Shown here one piece after another: positions 19,800-31,231 of a DNA stretch of 64,000 nt. The position numbers and the translations under genes are program-made. Source of the DNA: Candidatus Nomurabacteria bacterium (lineage in GTDB: Bacteria > Patescibacteriota > Minisyncoccia > Phycocordibacterales > UBA9973). A model generated the notes under the pieces. That model saw nothing but the letters and a program-made list of their open reading frames with translations. It was not told where the DNA came from and ran no database searches. Location of the stretch: the NCBI GenBank assembly GCA_021413905.1, contig JAIOPO010000001.1:9159-73158 (forward strand), given 5' to 3'. Position 1 is the stretch's first letter, and the number at the start of each line of letters is the position of its first letter.

Positions 19800-21041
19800 T
19801 TATTTTTTAATTAAATTAAGACTATAATTTTGATTTAACAAGACATTTTTTATTGTAATGATTGCCTCACCGAAAAATCTATCTTTTTGTTGATTGAACA
19901 TTTTTTTTGAAATATTTTTATTTTGGACAATATCTAAAATATGCAAATTTGAATTGTCTGGAAAACCTCCTGTCGTTAGGGCTCCAGCGGGGGATTTAAA
20001 TATTTTGTATTTTTTAAGAAAAGATAGTTTGGAAAATTTATCTCTGTATAATGGCAAATATTCAATTTGAGCAAAAGAGCCAAAACATTGGAATTTATTT
20101 AAAAAGGAAAAAATTAAAAAACCAATTACTAATCCGGGACATAAATTGTTTTCTAGTTCTTTTTTTAAATTTTCAGGATTTAATTCTATTTTTCTGTTTT
20201 CACTTTCCAAGTATCCATCTTTTAAATAAAAACTTTCCATTGTTTTGTATTTTCCTTTTTCTACCATTCCGTAAAAAAATACCATTTCTTTGAATTCTTT
20301 TATGGTCTCATTTCTTTCTTTTTTTGAAAATAACAATTTGTGTATAGGGTGATCGTTGTCTTTTATTATTAAGATTAAATAATTAGTTACGACTTCATTA
20401 AAATCAAAAAAAACTGTTTTTCCATTTAAAAATTTACTTTCAAGTTTTTTTGAAGATTCCAACGCCCATTTTGTATATGAATCATTTTCTTTAAATTCCG
20501 GTAATATTTTAGTAAATTCTTTTGGTAGGGAGTTTATAACTTCTTTCATCTTTTTTGGTATTTTGTTTCGATAAACCAATTCGTCTTGCATTAATGATGG
20601 CATAAGATTGATATCTTCATTTTTACTGCAAAGTCTACCTGGTCTAGTTTTATTTGAGAAAGGGACTCCTGAAAACATTGCAACTCCGAAATAGTCTTTA
20701 CTTGTTAAAGATAGGGAAGCTAGCCAATTTATGAAAAAAAATCTTGGTTTACCTGCGGGTGATATATGAGGTCCAGTTTGGATATTCCTGTTTTGTTCAA
20801 AATATCTTATTATTTTAGATATCTCTATTTTTTTATATTCTAAACGTAATAACTCTTGTGTTAATGCTTTTTTAAAAAATTCTTCGAGCGAACCATTGGC
20901 TTTGTATGAATTTAAATATTTTGAATATTCGAGCATAGTTTTGTCCCAATTTTGTTCTATTGCTCTAGCTAGATATAATTTCTCTTCTCTTTTAAGGTTG
21001 AGTATTATCGATTTTACCTCTTTTTTTAAGTCTTTCAGCAT
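19800..21041 (-). CDS. hypothetical protein
   Basis: 413-aa ORF with no recognised motif. Confidence 0.4.
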   Translation of the reverse strand: MLKDLKKEVKSIILNLKREEKLYLARAIEQNWDKTMLEYSKYLNSYKANGSLEEFFKKALTQELLRLEYKKIEISKIIRYFEQNRNIQTGPHISPAGKPRFFFINWLASLSLTSKDYFGVAMFSGVPFSNKTRPGRLCSKNEDINLMPSLMQDELVYRNKIPKKMKEVINSLPKEFTKILPEFKENDSYTKWALESSKKLESKFLNGKTVFFDFNEVVTNYLILIIKDNDHPIHKLLFSKKERNETIKEFKEMVFFYGMVEKGKYKTMESFYLKDGYLESENRKIELNPENLKKELENNLCPGLVIGFLIFSFLNKFQCFGSFAQIEYLPLYRDKFSKLSFLKKYKIFKSPAGALTTGGFPDNSNLHILDIVQNKNISKKMFNQQKDRFFGEAIITIKNVLLNQNYSLNLIKK

Positions 21042-21227
21042 TTATCTATATTACTTTGGTTTGTCTTTGTTTGCAAATGGTAAATTTGTTGTCCACATAG
21101 CTAAAATTATCCATATTTTGGTGTATTTTGTCAAATAGGAACAGGGGAAATATCCTTATTTTACAAGGTTTTTTTGATTTGACATATGAAAAAAATGTTG
21201 TTTAACTATTGACTTTTAATTCAGAGT

Positions 21228-21962
21228 ATGCTAGACTATACATATGTCCTTAGTAATAGGCTATTAGCTTTATTAATAAGGACTTTCCAGTTTAAGCTAA
21301 TTTGGCTTATGAGTTTAGCGGAGCAGAACCGCGTTATTATGAAAAACAAAACATTAATACGATTCCTGGAGTCCTTTGTTTTATTGCCAGTAATCACGAC
21401 ATCAATGCCAGTTGGAAATGTTCCAATGAACAATATGAATGTTGTACCTCCACAAGTCGTATTATTACAACAAAAGAATATAGAGATTGGCGGATTTTTA
21501 GCTTTTAACCAAGTTGTTGATCCAAAAATCGAACAAATCAAAGCTCAAGGTGAAGCAATCGATGCGTATTTTAAAAAATATGATATGCCCTTGGAAGGTC
21601 TCGGTCAAAAAATGGCTGAAGAGGCTGATAAGAATGATATTGACTGGCGTCTTTTGCCTGCTATATCTGCTCGTGAATCTACGGGTGGTAAACAAGCTTG
21701 TAAAAGAGTTGCTCATAATTTCTTTGGCTGGGGTTCTTGTAAAATAGGCTTTAAGTCTGATCAAGAAGCTATTGAGGTTTTGGCTCGTAATTTGGGTGGT
21801 AATAATCCTAATACAGCACATCATTATGATGGTAAGACCAACAGAGAGATTTTACAAAAATACAATCCTCCGTCTATTGTTCCTCGTTATGCGGATCAGG
21901 TTATAAAAATCATGAATGAAATCGGGGATGTTGATTTAGGAGTAGAGACTGTAAATAGTTAA
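21228..21962 (+). CDS. glucosaminidase (GH73 / FlgJ-like) family cell-wall hydrolase with an N-terminal anchor (start may be 21306 or 21339)
   Basis: ISARESTGGKQACKRVAHNFFGWGS matches the LESGWG...NNLFG motif. Confidence 0.55.
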   Translation: MLDYTYVLSNRLLALLIRTFQFKLIWLMSLAEQNRVIMKNKTLIRFLESFVLLPVITTSMPVGNVPMNNMNVVPPQVVLLQQKNIEIGGFLAFNQVVDPKIEQIKAQGEAIDAYFKKYDMPLEGLGQKMAEEADKNDIDWRLLPAISARESTGGKQACKRVAHNFFGWGSCKIGFKSDQEAIEVLARNLGGNNPNTAHHYDGKTNREILQKYNPPSIVPRYADQVIKIMNEIGDVDLGVETVNS

Positions 21963-21978
21963 AAATTGATTAAAATAC

Positions 21979-22023
21979 AAAATGCCCCGCGACCATATGG
22001 TCGCGGGGCATTTTGTATTTTTT
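21979..22023. terminator. bidirectional terminator formed by a 36-bp perfect GC-rich palindrome between convergent genes
   Basis: aaaatgccccgcgaccatatggtcgcggggcatttt followed by a T-run. Confidence 0.7.
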
Positions 22024-22028
22024 CTAAC

Positions 22029-23129
22029 TTATTCCAAATGCAACAATGTCATTTTTTGATCTTTTGGTTCAAAAAGAGTTATTTGAAAATTGTAAGTTTT
22101 TCCAAGTTCCAATTTTTCATGAAGCTTTGCTTCAGAACCGAAAGTAGAATTGTGAACAAGTCCAGCCACGCCTTCTTTGATAGATACCAATGCGCCGTGT
22201 TTATTGTATTTAATCACAACACCTTTGATAATATCTCCTTTTTTCAATTTACCTTCGTATTCTTTCCAAGGGTTTTCCTTTAAAGCTTTGATAGAAAGAG
22301 AAATCTTGCCGTCTTTTATTTCAATAACTTTCGCACGGATAGGGTCGCCAACTTTAAACATTGAACGAGGATCTTCCACTAAGCCCCAATCAAGTTCAGA
22401 AATGTGAACTAATCCTTCTAATTTATCTTCAAGTTTCAAGAATACTCCGAAATCTACGATACCGGCAATTGTACAATCAATTTCATCTCCAATATTGTAT
22501 TTACTTAAAATTTCTTTTTTCTCATCAGGGTTGTTGTCTTTTTCAGAAAAGATAAGTTTGCCTTCTTTTGGTAAAGTCGAAATCATCATTACAGATATTT
22601 TTTGACCTACCAATTTTTTCAATTCTTTCAAGATTTTATCTTTATCAGAATCCAATACACGAGGATAATGATCTGCTTTTAATTGAGAAGCAGGCAAGAA
22701 TCCTTGTATGCCTTGCCATTCTAAAATGAGTCCTCCTTTGTTTGCATCTTTGATCTCCAAATCCATTATAGTCTTTGATTTGATAGCTTTTTCAGCTTCA
22801 GACCAGATAAGAGCTTGTTTTGCTTCTTTCAAGGAAAGCTCCACATATCCGTCTTCATTTTCAACTTCGACTACTTTAGCTTTGATTAAGTCTCCAGCAT
22901 TTATCTTCTTTATGATGTCTTTTGCATTTATGAATTCACGACCATAAATGATACCTGTGCCAAAAGGCGCAAGATCTACATATACAGATGATTTTTTTAT
23001 TAAAATCACTGGTCCTTCTACTAATGCATCGACTTCGAGTTTTACAGCACTACGATCTACTATTGATTTTAAAACTTTGTTTTCGTTTTCATCAATAGTT
23101 ATTACTTCTTCTTTTAATGATTTTTTCAT
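22029..23129 (-). CDS. rpsA: 30S ribosomal protein S1 (four S1 domains)
   Basis: Repeated S1-domain motifs (GD.I...V......G..L.L; GLVHISEL). Confidence 0.85.
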   Translation of the reverse strand: MKKSLKEEVITIDENENKVLKSIVDRSAVKLEVDALVEGPVILIKKSSVYVDLAPFGTGIIYGREFINAKDIIKKINAGDLIKAKVVEVENEDGYVELSLKEAKQALIWSEAEKAIKSKTIMDLEIKDANKGGLILEWQGIQGFLPASQLKADHYPRVLDSDKDKILKELKKLVGQKISVMMISTLPKEGKLIFSEKDNNPDEKKEILSKYNIGDEIDCTIAGIVDFGVFLKLEDKLEGLVHISELDWGLVEDPRSMFKVGDPIRAKVIEIKDGKISLSIKALKENPWKEYEGKLKKGDIIKGVVIKYNKHGALVSIKEGVAGLVHNSTFGSEAKLHEKLELGKTYNFQITLFEPKDQKMTLLHLE

Positions 23130-23211
23130 AATTTAATTAAAAAATCCGCGTGAAAGCGGATTGTAAGGCTTAGGTTTCCTTCGCTTGCGCTCAGGAGGTT
23201 ACCCCAAATCC

Positions 23212-23946
23212 ATGCTTTTAATATATATAGCCCTATTAGGCTTATGTTTTATACATTACTATAAAATAAACAAAAATGCAAACTTTGTATTTAGATTTTT
23301 TTTTGCTATAATTCAAGTTATGATAATAACATATTTCGGAAAACAATTTTTTAAGATAAGCCAAGGGGAGATGGTACTCGCTTTTAATCCTGTTTCAAAG
23401 AATTCAAAATCAGGAATTTCCGCAAAATTTGGTGCAGATATCGCATTGATTACAACCAATCATTCGGATTATAACGGCATTGAACAACTCTCACATGGCG
23501 AGCGTGTTCCTTTTGCAATTACCGGACCTGGAGATTATGAAGTAAAAGAAATTTTTGTGAAAGGACTAATGTCTAATTCTGCCATAGACAATAAGAAATA
23601 CATAAATACTATTTATTCTCTTATTGTTGATAATATTCATATTGTCTTTTTGGGAGCTTTGTCTGATGCTGAAATTTCCAAAGAAGCGCGTGAAGCTATC
23701 GGTGATCCGGATATTCTTTTTGTTCCTGTTGGTGGTAATGGTTTACTTGATGCAAAAGCTTCTGCTAAATTAGCTTCTTCTCTGGAACCAAAAATGATAA
23801 TACCTATGGATTATGATAGTTCTTCTTTAAAGTTATTCTTAAAAGAAATGGGTGATGAAAAACCAGAAACATTAGAAAAGTTGACATTAAAAAGAAAAGA
23901 TTTAGATGGTAAAGAAGGTGAGGTTGTCGTATTGCAATATGAATAA
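23212..23946 (+). CDS. MBL-fold metal-dependent hydrolase (Lactamase_B_3-like). The ATG at 23212 is preferred over the upstream TTG.
   Basis: MVLAFNP...DIALITTNHSDYNG...VFLGALSD...ILFVPVGG. Confidence 0.55.
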   Translation: MLLIYIALLGLCFIHYYKINKNANFVFRFFFAIIQVMIITYFGKQFFKISQGEMVLAFNPVSKNSKSGISAKFGADIALITTNHSDYNGIEQLSHGERVPFAITGPGDYEVKEIFVKGLMSNSAIDNKKYINTIYSLIVDNIHIVFLGALSDAEISKEAREAIGDPDILFVPVGGNGLLDAKASAKLASSLEPKMIIPMDYDSSSLKLFLKEMGDEKPETLEKLTLKRKDLDGKEGEVVVLQYE

Positions 23947-23957
23947 TTTTTTAAAAA

Positions 23958-24185
23958 ATGAAAGATTCTATTAAAAAAGCTGTATATCATTTAAGAAAGC
24001 AACCACTTGAACACAAGAGGCATATTTTAAACATTTTTATTTTTATTGCCATAGTTATAATGGTTTTGCTTTATATTTTAAGTTTAAGTTTTAGATTTAA
24101 CAGTATGGAAACAAAAATAAAAATTAAAAATGACATGAAGCCTTTTTCAACATTAAAAGAAAATATATCTGATACAATAAAATAA
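23958..24185 (+). CDS. hypothetical small membrane protein
   Basis: ORF with one transmembrane helix. Confidence 0.3.
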   Translation: MKDSIKKAVYHLRKQPLEHKRHILNIFIFIAIVIMVLLYILSLSFRFNSMETKIKIKNDMKPFSTLKENISDTIK

Positions 24186-24186
24186 T

Positions 24187-26652
24187 ATGGCTAAAAAAAA
24201 TATACAACCAATTGAAGAAGAAAATCCTCGCACAGATGGTGTGATACCGATAGATGTCGTGACAGAAATGAAAGAATCTTATCTCGCTTATGCGATGTCT
24301 GTTATTACTGCGCGTGCATTGCCGGATGTCAGAGATGGTTTGAAACCAGTGCATCGCAGAATTTTATTTGCAATGAATGAAATGGGGTTGACATCTTCCG
24401 CAAGATTTCGAAAGTCAGCAGCAGTGGTGGGAGATGTGCTTGGAAAATATCATCCTCACGGAGATGTGGCTGTGTATGATTCTATGGTGGGTATGGCGCA
24501 AGAATTTTCTTATCGTTATCCTCTTATTTTAGGACAAGGAAACTTTGGTTCTATTGATGGCGATAATGCCGCAGCGATGCGTTATACGGAAGCAAAAATG
24601 TCCAAGATTTCCAATGAACTTTTGCGTGATTTAGAAAAAGAAACAATTGATTTTAGACCAAACTATGATCAGACACGCAAAGAGCCGATAGTGCTTCCTT
24701 CTGCTGTGCCTGCACTTCTTTTGAATGGTACACTCGGTATTGCTGTTGGTATGGCGACAAATATCCCTTCACACAATTTAGCGGAAGTATTGGACGCAAC
24801 TAATTATTTAATTGAAAATGAAGATGCTACTACTGAAGATTTAATGCAATTTGTAAAAGGTCCTGATTTTCCAACAGGGGGAATTGCTTATGGTAATAAA
24901 GATATGTTGCACGCTTATTCTACTGGACGTGGTGGCGTTGTTTGTCGTGGTGAAGCAGAAATAATCGAACAAAAAGGGGGAGTATATCAAATAATCATAA
25001 CTTCTATTCCTTTTAGAGTTAATAAATCAAATTTGATAATGTCTATCGCTGAACTTGTGCAAGAGAAAAAACTCGAAGGAATAAAAGGATTAAGAGACGA
25101 ATCCACAAAAGATATTCGTATCGTTATAGATTTGAAAGGTGGGGCTTATCCGGAAAAAGTTTTAAATTATATTTATAAAAATACACAATTAGAACAAAAC
25201 TTTAATTTCAATATGGTGGCTTTGGTTGATGGAGTACCACAAACACTTTCTTTGAAATCAATTCTTGTAGAATTTATTGGTCACAGAAAAGAAGTTGTAA
25301 AAAGAAGAAGTTTGTATGATTTACGTAAAGCCGAAGAAAGAGAACATATACTTCTAGGTTTGAAAAAAGCATTGGATTTTATTGATAAGGTTATCAAAAC
25401 TATTCGCGCATCCAAAGATGGCGCAACAGCAAAACTCGCTTTGATGAAAGAATTTAAGTTTTCTGATTTACAAGCGCAGGCTATTCTAGATATGAAATTA
25501 CAGAAATTAGCAGGTCTTGAAAGAAAACTCATTGAAGAAGAATTGAAAGAGAAACAAGCTTTTATTAAAGCAATAAAAGAATTGCTCGCAAGTCCAAAGA
25601 AAATGTTGAAAGTTATTGCTGATGAATTAAAGGAAATTCGTGAAAAATACGCAGATGAAAGAAGAACAAAAATTATCAAAGCGGGTAAAAAAGAAATATC
25701 CGATGAAGATTTGATTCCAGACAAAGAAACTATGCTCGTTTTTACTGCTGGTGGATATGTAAAACGCACAGACCCTGCTGAATATCGTTCTCAGAAACGC
25801 GGTGGTGTAGGTGTTGTTGACCTTGAAACAAAAGAAGAAGATTTTGTAACTATGCTTGTTTCTGGTTCTACACACAATGATTTATTATTCTTTACTAATT
25901 TAGGTAAAGCGTATCAAATAAAAATGTATGATATTCCAGAAGGACGCAGAGCGACAAAAGGTAAATCAATTATGAATTTCTTGTCTCTTTCTGGTGAGGA
26001 AAAAGTTACTTCTATTTTGCCGATGCCGAAAGAATTAAAAAAGAATCCGATTTCGCTTATGCTTGTTACAAAAGACGGCACAACGAAAAAAATGTCTGGT
26101 GAAGCTTTTAAAGATGTTCGTCGTAGTGGACTTATTGCTATTCGTTTAGAAAAAGGTGACGAGCTCGCTTCTGCTTTAATTACTGAAAAAGGTGACGAGG
26201 TTATGCTTGCGACATCTGAAGGTCAGTCTATTCGTTTTAAAGAGTCTGATATACGCGAAATGGGACGCACAGCAGGTGGTGTACGTGGTATGAAGCTCGG
26301 TAAAGGGGATACTATTATAGGTGTAGATGTAATAAAGAAAGAACATAAAGATGGTTCATTTTTGATAATGTCTGCAAACGGCCTAGGTAAAAAGACAGGA
26401 TTGAAAGAATATAAAGTTCAAAATCGTGGTGGTTCTGGTATTAAGACAGCAAAAGTAACTCCAAAGACAGGCAAGCTTATCGTTGCAAAAGTTATCACAG
26501 GTCAAGAAGAAGAATTGATTGCAATGTCTAAAAAAGGTCAAGTCATCCGCACAGCTTTGAAAGATATTCCATCTCTCGGTAGACAAACACAAGGTGTCAC
26601 TATTATGCGTCTTCGCGCAGGTGACGGAATTGCTTCTGTAGTTTGTGTTTAA
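24187..26652 (+). CDS. gyrA: DNA gyrase subunit A
   Basis: [28 protein letters not shown] and [14 protein letters not shown]. Confidence 0.95.
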   Translation: MAKKNIQPIEEENPRTDGVIPIDVVTEMKESYLAYAMSVITARALPDVRDGLKPVHRRILFAMNEMGLTSSARFRKSAAVVGDVLGKYHPHGDVAVYDSMVGMAQEFSYRYPLILGQGNFGSIDGDNAAAMRYTEAKMSKISNELLRDLEKETIDFRPNYDQTRKEPIVLPSAVPALLLNGTLGIAVGMATNIPSHNLAEVLDATNYLIENEDATTEDLMQFVKGPDFPTGGIAYGNKDMLHAYSTGRGGVVCRGEAEIIEQKGGVYQIIITSIPFRVNKSNLIMSIAELVQEKKLEGIKGLRDESTKDIRIVIDLKGGAYPEKVLNYIYKNTQLEQNFNFNMVALVDGVPQTLSLKSILVEFIGHRKEVVKRRSLYDLRKAEEREHILLGLKKALDFIDKVIKTIRASKDGATAKLALMKEFKFSDLQAQAILDMKLQKLAGLERKLIEEELKEKQAFIKAIKELLASPKKMLKVIADELKEIREKYADERRTKIIKAGKKEISDEDLIPDKETMLVFTAGGYVKRTDPAEYRSQKRGGVGVVDLETKEEDFVTMLVSGSTHNDLLFFTNLGKAYQIKMYDIPEGRRATKGKSIMNFLSLSGEEKVTSILPMPKELKKNPISLMLVTKDGTTKKMSGEAFKDVRRSGLIAIRLEKGDELASALITEKGDEVMLATSEGQSIRFKESDIREMGRTAGGVRGMKLGKGDTIIGVDVIKKEHKDGSFLIMSANGLGKKTGLKEYKVQNRGGSGIKTAKVTPKTGKLIVAKVITGQEEELIAMSKKGQVIRTALKDIPSLGRQTQGVTIMRLRAGDGIASVVCV

Positions 26653-26691
26653 AAATTATTCGCTTTTTTTATTTAATGCTATAATTAAATA

Positions 26692-27216
26692 ATGTTCGCT
26701 AATCCGCTAAAAATTTTAAAACAGTTTGGTGTCGCTGATGACATGATTGTTGTTGATTTGGGTGCTGGATCTGGTTTTTATTCCATACCTTTGGCTCAAA
26801 TGGTTTCAAATGGAAAAGTTTATTCCGTTGAAATTCAAAAAGATTTTTTAAAAACAATAAAAAATAAAGCAGATGAATCAGGTCTCCATAATATAGATTT
26901 TATTTGGGGAGATGTTGAAAAAAAAGAAGGCACAAAATTAAAAAAAGAGATTGTCGATAGAGTGTTGGCTTCAAATATTTTATTTCAAATAAACGATAAA
27001 CATAAATTTGCTGATGAAATAGGTAGAATTTTGAAAAAAGGTGGAAAATTATTGTTGATAGACTGGCTAGAAGATAAAAAAATATTTAATTCAAAAGATA
27101 ATAAACATTTTGAAAAAAGAGAAGCTGTAGCTTTTTTTGGAGAAAAAGGTTTTATCTTAGAAAGAGAAATAGACGTGGGAGGGCATCATTATGGTATTAT
27201 ATTAATAAAGAAATAA
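26692..27216 (+). CDS. class I SAM-dependent methyltransferase
   Basis: VVDLGAGSGFYSIPLA motif I. Confidence 0.7.
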   Translation: MFANPLKILKQFGVADDMIVVDLGAGSGFYSIPLAQMVSNGKVYSVEIQKDFLKTIKNKADESGLHNIDFIWGDVEKKEGTKLKKEIVDRVLASNILFQINDKHKFADEIGRILKKGGKLLLIDWLEDKKIFNSKDNKHFEKREAVAFFGEKGFILEREIDVGGHHYGIILIKK

Positions 27217-27217
27217 T

Positions 27218-28504
27218 ATGAAAGGAAATTTTCAAAATATATTTTTAGCTATATTCATTGCCGGAGGAATTTTAGGTGTTTTAGTTTTTTCAGGAACTAT
27301 ACCTATAGGTAAAAAAAATTCTCTAGGCGGTCAAGGAACTGTTGTATTGTGGGGTACAATTAATCAACAGTTGATTTTACCAGCAGTGGATGATTTTAAT
27401 CGTGTTAATACTGATTTTGTTTTAAAATATGTTCAAAAAGATCCAGTTACTTTTGATCAGGATTTATTAGAAGCATTAGCTTCTGGCAATGGTCCAGATT
27501 TGTTTTTTTTGCCTGATAATTTAATTCATCATTATCAAAATAGAATATTAACGATACCATATACAAGCTTACCTATTGCTACATTTAAAACTTCTTTTGT
27601 TGGTGCTAGTGATGTATTTTTGAGTTCAAAAGGTATAACAGCATTGCCTTTGTATGTAGATCCTATGGTTATGTATTACAATCGTAGTATTTTAGATGCA
27701 AATAATATAGTTAATCCTCCTGCAACATGGGATGAGTTGCAAAATCTTATTCCTGTTTTAACTAAAAAAGATCAAAATAATAAAATAATAAAAAGTGCTG
27801 TGGCCTTGGGTCAATTTTCAAATATTTCACATGCAAAAGATATAATTTCAACTTTATTTATGCAAGCAGGTAATTCAATTGTTGCAGAGCAAAATGGTTT
27901 ATATTATTCAAGTTTAGCCAGTGGCCCAGTTTCTTTAGATTCTTTTTTGAAATTTTATACAGATTTTGCTAATCCTTTGAATACATCTTATTCATGGAAT
28001 AAATCTCTGCCTGTGTCTATTAATTCTTTTAGTTCAGAAGATGTTGCTTTTTATTTTGGTTATTCAAGCGAATTGCCTGTTTTGGTTAATAAAAATCCAA
28101 ATCAAAATTTTCTAGTAGCTCCTATGCCTCAATTTAAAAATTCTAAAACAAAAGTGACTTTTGGTCATGTAACAGGTGTTGCTATATCTTCTGCTTCAAA
28201 AAATTCTACAGCAGCTTTTACTGTAGCTGGTATTTTAACAAATGGCACTTTCTTTAGTAAAATTTTCGGTCAACTTTCTGTAGTACCAGCCAGAAGAGAT
28301 CTTTTGACTGTAAAACCTACCGATGCATATTTTCCGATTTTCTATTCTTCTGCTTTATTCGCTAAAAGCTGGTCAGATCCTTCTACTTTAGATACCGATA
28401 TTATTTTTCAGGGCATGATAGATAATATATTGTCAGGTAATATGGTCATATCAAATGCTTTGAGTGATGCTTCCATGAAATTAAGTCTTTTATTAGCAAA
28501 ATAA
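27218..28504 (+). CDS. extracellular solute-binding protein (ABC-type SBP family 1-like), membrane anchored
   Basis: N-terminal transmembrane helix, then VVLWGT...LFFLPDN...WDEL, as in SBP_bac_1. Confidence 0.5.
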   Translation: MKGNFQNIFLAIFIAGGILGVLVFSGTIPIGKKNSLGGQGTVVLWGTINQQLILPAVDDFNRVNTDFVLKYVQKDPVTFDQDLLEALASGNGPDLFFLPDNLIHHYQNRILTIPYTSLPIATFKTSFVGASDVFLSSKGITALPLYVDPMVMYYNRSILDANNIVNPPATWDELQNLIPVLTKKDQNNKIIKSAVALGQFSNISHAKDIISTLFMQAGNSIVAEQNGLYYSSLASGPVSLDSFLKFYTDFANPLNTSYSWNKSLPVSINSFSSEDVAFYFGYSSELPVLVNKNPNQNFLVAPMPQFKNSKTKVTFGHVTGVAISSASKNSTAAFTVAGILTNGTFFSKIFGQLSVVPARRDLLTVKPTDAYFPIFYSSALFAKSWSDPSTLDTDIIFQGMIDNILSGNMVISNALSDASMKLSLLLAK

Positions 28505-28510
28505 ATTTTA

Positions 28511-30364
28511 ATGAATAAATTTAAATCAATAATAAATATTTCAATACTTTCTGTTTTTGTTTTATTGCCTTTTGTTTCTTTTGCAGCTTTGCCAATAGCT
28601 GTCACAAAACCGCCTTCAGATATTCAAAATGATTCTGCTGTTTTAAACGGCTCCGCACAACCAGCATCAGGAGATATATTAGACAATATTGTTTATCGTT
28701 TTCAATGGGGAGAAAATAATTCTTATGGAAATGTAACTTCTTTAATCAGTCAGCCTTTGTCAGATCATTCAGGAAATGCTTTAAATTTTTCTGAAAAAAT
28801 AAGTAATTTAAAAAATAATACAACTTACCATTATCGTGTTTTGATAAAATATATTCCAACTGGTATGACAGGAGTCGTGTCTTATTCTCAAATGAGTTCT
28901 GTTTTTGGTAATGATCAAACTTTTAAAACAGGGAATAATTCTTCTTCACAGATAAATTTAACAGCAAGTCCGGCTTCCAATATTGTAACTTTGAATGTTT
29001 ACAATTTGTCTTCTGGTAAATCTTATCGTATTGCTATTTCAGACGGTAAAACTACAAGAGATGCTATTGTAAAAGCAAATCAAAATGGTTCTTTTCAGTA
29101 TGTTTTTGATAAGTTGACTCCAAGTCAAAATTATAATGTTTTTCTCAGTGAAACAAATGATAATGGCGGAGATGTTTTAAAAACAATCAATTTCACAACT
29201 TCAACCGATAATTCTTTTTCAGAAGCAGGAACAACTTTAGTGAAAGATATTACCGCTGTATCTGCTAGTGTTTCTTCTGTTGGTCTTACTTCAGATGCTT
29301 CTTATGTTTATTCTTTGCGTTCAGATTTGGGTCGTTATGATGTTACAAAAAATGCAGATAGTGATGGAAATATAAATGCATCTTTTGATAAATTAAGTCC
29401 AAATACAAATTATACTTTATACTTGAGTAAATCTACTGATATTGCTCATTATATAGATAAAAAAGATTTTCGAACATTATCACCAATATTTTCAATAATT
29501 AGTTTTAATTCAAATTCTGTTACTTTTAAAGCTTCTGGTCTGAATGCTGTTTATCAATATATGTTTTCTGTGGTGACAGAAGTTGGTACTTTAAACAAAC
29601 AAGTTTCTCCAGAAAAAACAGGTGATGCGACAGTAACTTTTACTTTGAAACAATGCGACAAAGAACCTTGTTATAAATATAAAGCTTCTGTAAATAGGTA
29701 TATTTCAGGTGATAATACTTCTGAAAGTATAAACTTACCAGATTTATATTTTTCTTTGCCTGTTGGAGGATTCTCTGTATTAAATGTGTCTTCTAATTCA
29801 GCTACTATTGGAGGTTCTGGTCTAACTCCAAATGCAAAATATAAATTTTCATTAGTCGGTGTTCCTGATGTTGAAGCTACTGCTGATGCAAATGGTTTCG
29901 CTCAAGCAGTTTTTTCAAACCTTGCTCCGGATCATCGCTATAATGCTTTTGTTGCTTTGGTCGGCAATAATACAAATTATGTTTTAAATGGTGAAGTTAC
30001 AACTTTAGCAGAAAGTTCATCCGGGGAATCTTCTGTAAAATTTTCAGGATTAGTACCTTGTGGAACTGGTAGAAATGCTGATGGGTCTATACCTACTCCT
30101 TGTGATTTTAATTATTTAATAAAAATGATTAATATCGTTATCAACTTTATTTTAATAGCATTAGCTGTGCCTATTTCAGCTATTATGTTTGCTTATGCTG
30201 GTATTTTGATGATAGGCGCAAATGGGGAAGTTTCAAAAATAACTCAAGCAAAAAATATTTTTACAAATGTTGTGATAGGTCTTGTATTTATAGCTGGATC
30301 TTGGCTTATCATCCATGCGATATTGTCAATCTTGGGCTATGACGGTTCTTGGATTGGTTTTTAA
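28511..30364 (+). CDS. secreted protein with a tandem array of ~85-aa FN3/Ig-like repeats and a C-terminal two-helix pilin-like module
   Basis: Signal peptide. Repeats carry the L.P.T.Y..YL motif. The C-terminus CGTG...PCDFNYLIKMINIVINFILIALAVP...GLVFIAGSWLIIHAILSILG is homologous to the four downstream small proteins. Confidence 0.7.
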   Translation: MNKFKSIINISILSVFVLLPFVSFAALPIAVTKPPSDIQNDSAVLNGSAQPASGDILDNIVYRFQWGENNSYGNVTSLISQPLSDHSGNALNFSEKISNLKNNTTYHYRVLIKYIPTGMTGVVSYSQMSSVFGNDQTFKTGNNSSSQINLTASPASNIVTLNVYNLSSGKSYRIAISDGKTTRDAIVKANQNGSFQYVFDKLTPSQNYNVFLSETNDNGGDVLKTINFTTSTDNSFSEAGTTLVKDITAVSASVSSVGLTSDASYVYSLRSDLGRYDVTKNADSDGNINASFDKLSPNTNYTLYLSKSTDIAHYIDKKDFRTLSPIFSIISFNSNSVTFKASGLNAVYQYMFSVVTEVGTLNKQVSPEKTGDATVTFTLKQCDKEPCYKYKASVNRYISGDNTSESINLPDLYFSLPVGGFSVLNVSSNSATIGGSGLTPNAKYKFSLVGVPDVEATADANGFAQAVFSNLAPDHRYNAFVALVGNNTNYVLNGEVTTLAESSSGESSVKFSGLVPCGTGRNADGSIPTPCDFNYLIKMINIVINFILIALAVPISAIMFAYAGILMIGANGEVSKITQAKNIFTNVVIGLVFIAGSWLIIHAILSILGYDGSWIGF

Positions 30365-30383
30365 AATGTTATATAATATAAAT

Positions 30384-30818
30384 ATGAATTCAAAAATAAA
30401 AAATCTCGTTCAAAATTTAGCAATTGGTTTGTTTATATTTACTGTGCTCCTTTTGCCTGTTTTGTCTTTTGCACAAAATGGTACTAATCCGACAGGTAAT
30501 GGTTCTGACCAAAATGGAACTAATCCAGTAGGTCAAAATGGGACTAATTCTGGAGATGGCAAAATAGTGAATCCTATAAAAACAGATAATATTGCTGATT
30601 TTATAAAAACAATATTAGAAGGAGTTTTAAGAATAGGCATGCCTATAATAGCTTTGGCTATTATTTATTGTGGTTTTCTTTTTGTTCAAGCTCGTGGCAA
30701 TCCAGAGGCCATCACCAAAGCCCGCGAGTCTCTTATTTATACACTTATCGGAGCAGCGATACTGTTAGGGTCGTGGACTATCGCACAACTTATTACTGAA
30801 ACTGTTAAAAGTTTGTAA
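30384..30818 (+). CDS. pilin-like two-helix membrane protein, paralog 1 (signal peptide plus G/N/T-rich linker)
   Basis: Shares a module with the neighbouring genes: hydrophobic helix, polar loop, hydrophobic helix. Confidence 0.6.
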   Translation: MNSKIKNLVQNLAIGLFIFTVLLLPVLSFAQNGTNPTGNGSDQNGTNPVGQNGTNSGDGKIVNPIKTDNIADFIKTILEGVLRIGMPIIALAIIYCGFLFVQARGNPEAITKARESLIYTLIGAAILLGSWTIAQLITETVKSL

Positions 30819-30824
30819 AATATT

Positions 30825-31124
30825 ATGGGAAGTATATGTAGTTTAGTTAATCCAAAAATAGGTGATTTGTTTAATTATGGTACTTGTATTATTACAAAAT
30901 CCGTAGTACCTTTGATTTTTGCTTTAGCCTTTGTTGTGTTTATTTGGGGTGTTGTTCAATTTATTATGAATAGCGACCAAGAAGCTAAAAAAGAACAAGG
31001 TAAACAATTCATGGTTTGGGGTATTATTGCTCTAACTGTTATGTTTTCGGTTTGGGGTTTGGTTAGTATATTGAATAATACTTTCGGTATAAAAACAGTT
31101 ATTCCACAGTTACAGACTCAATAA
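30825..31124 (+). CDS. pilin-like two-helix membrane protein, paralog 2
   Basis: C...C pair, then VPLIFALAFVVFIWGVVQFIMNSDQEAKKEQGKQFMVWGIIALTVMFSVWGLVSILNNTFG. Confidence 0.65.
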   Translation: MGSICSLVNPKIGDLFNYGTCIITKSVVPLIFALAFVVFIWGVVQFIMNSDQEAKKEQGKQFMVWGIIALTVMFSVWGLVSILNNTFGIKTVIPQLQTQ

Positions 31125-31231
31125 TGTTTGTATTTATAGGGTATATGATATAATTAATGTACCTATAATTTAGGATTATTATTAATTGGTCGTTTTGTTT
31201 ATTAATTATTATTAAGTTTTTATAAAAAAAT

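Noticed and set aside
21966-22283. 105-aa plus-strand ORF overlapping the palindromic terminator and the rpsA 3' end
   Set aside because: It starts inside the 36-bp terminator palindrome and runs antisense to rpsA. Not credible.
23141-23198. Hairpin aatccgc-gtgaaa-gcggatt plus an AGGAGG upstream of the MBL-hydrolase gene, considered as evidence for SD usage or as a terminator
   Set aside because: A single isolated AGGAGG with a 13-nt spacer. Other genes lack SD motifs, and the hairpin lies in a divergent promoter region, so a terminator role is unlikely.
25281-26592. Antisense ORFs within gyrA (25281-25769, 25627-25875, 26383-26592)
   Set aside because: Spurious. gyrA is continuous.
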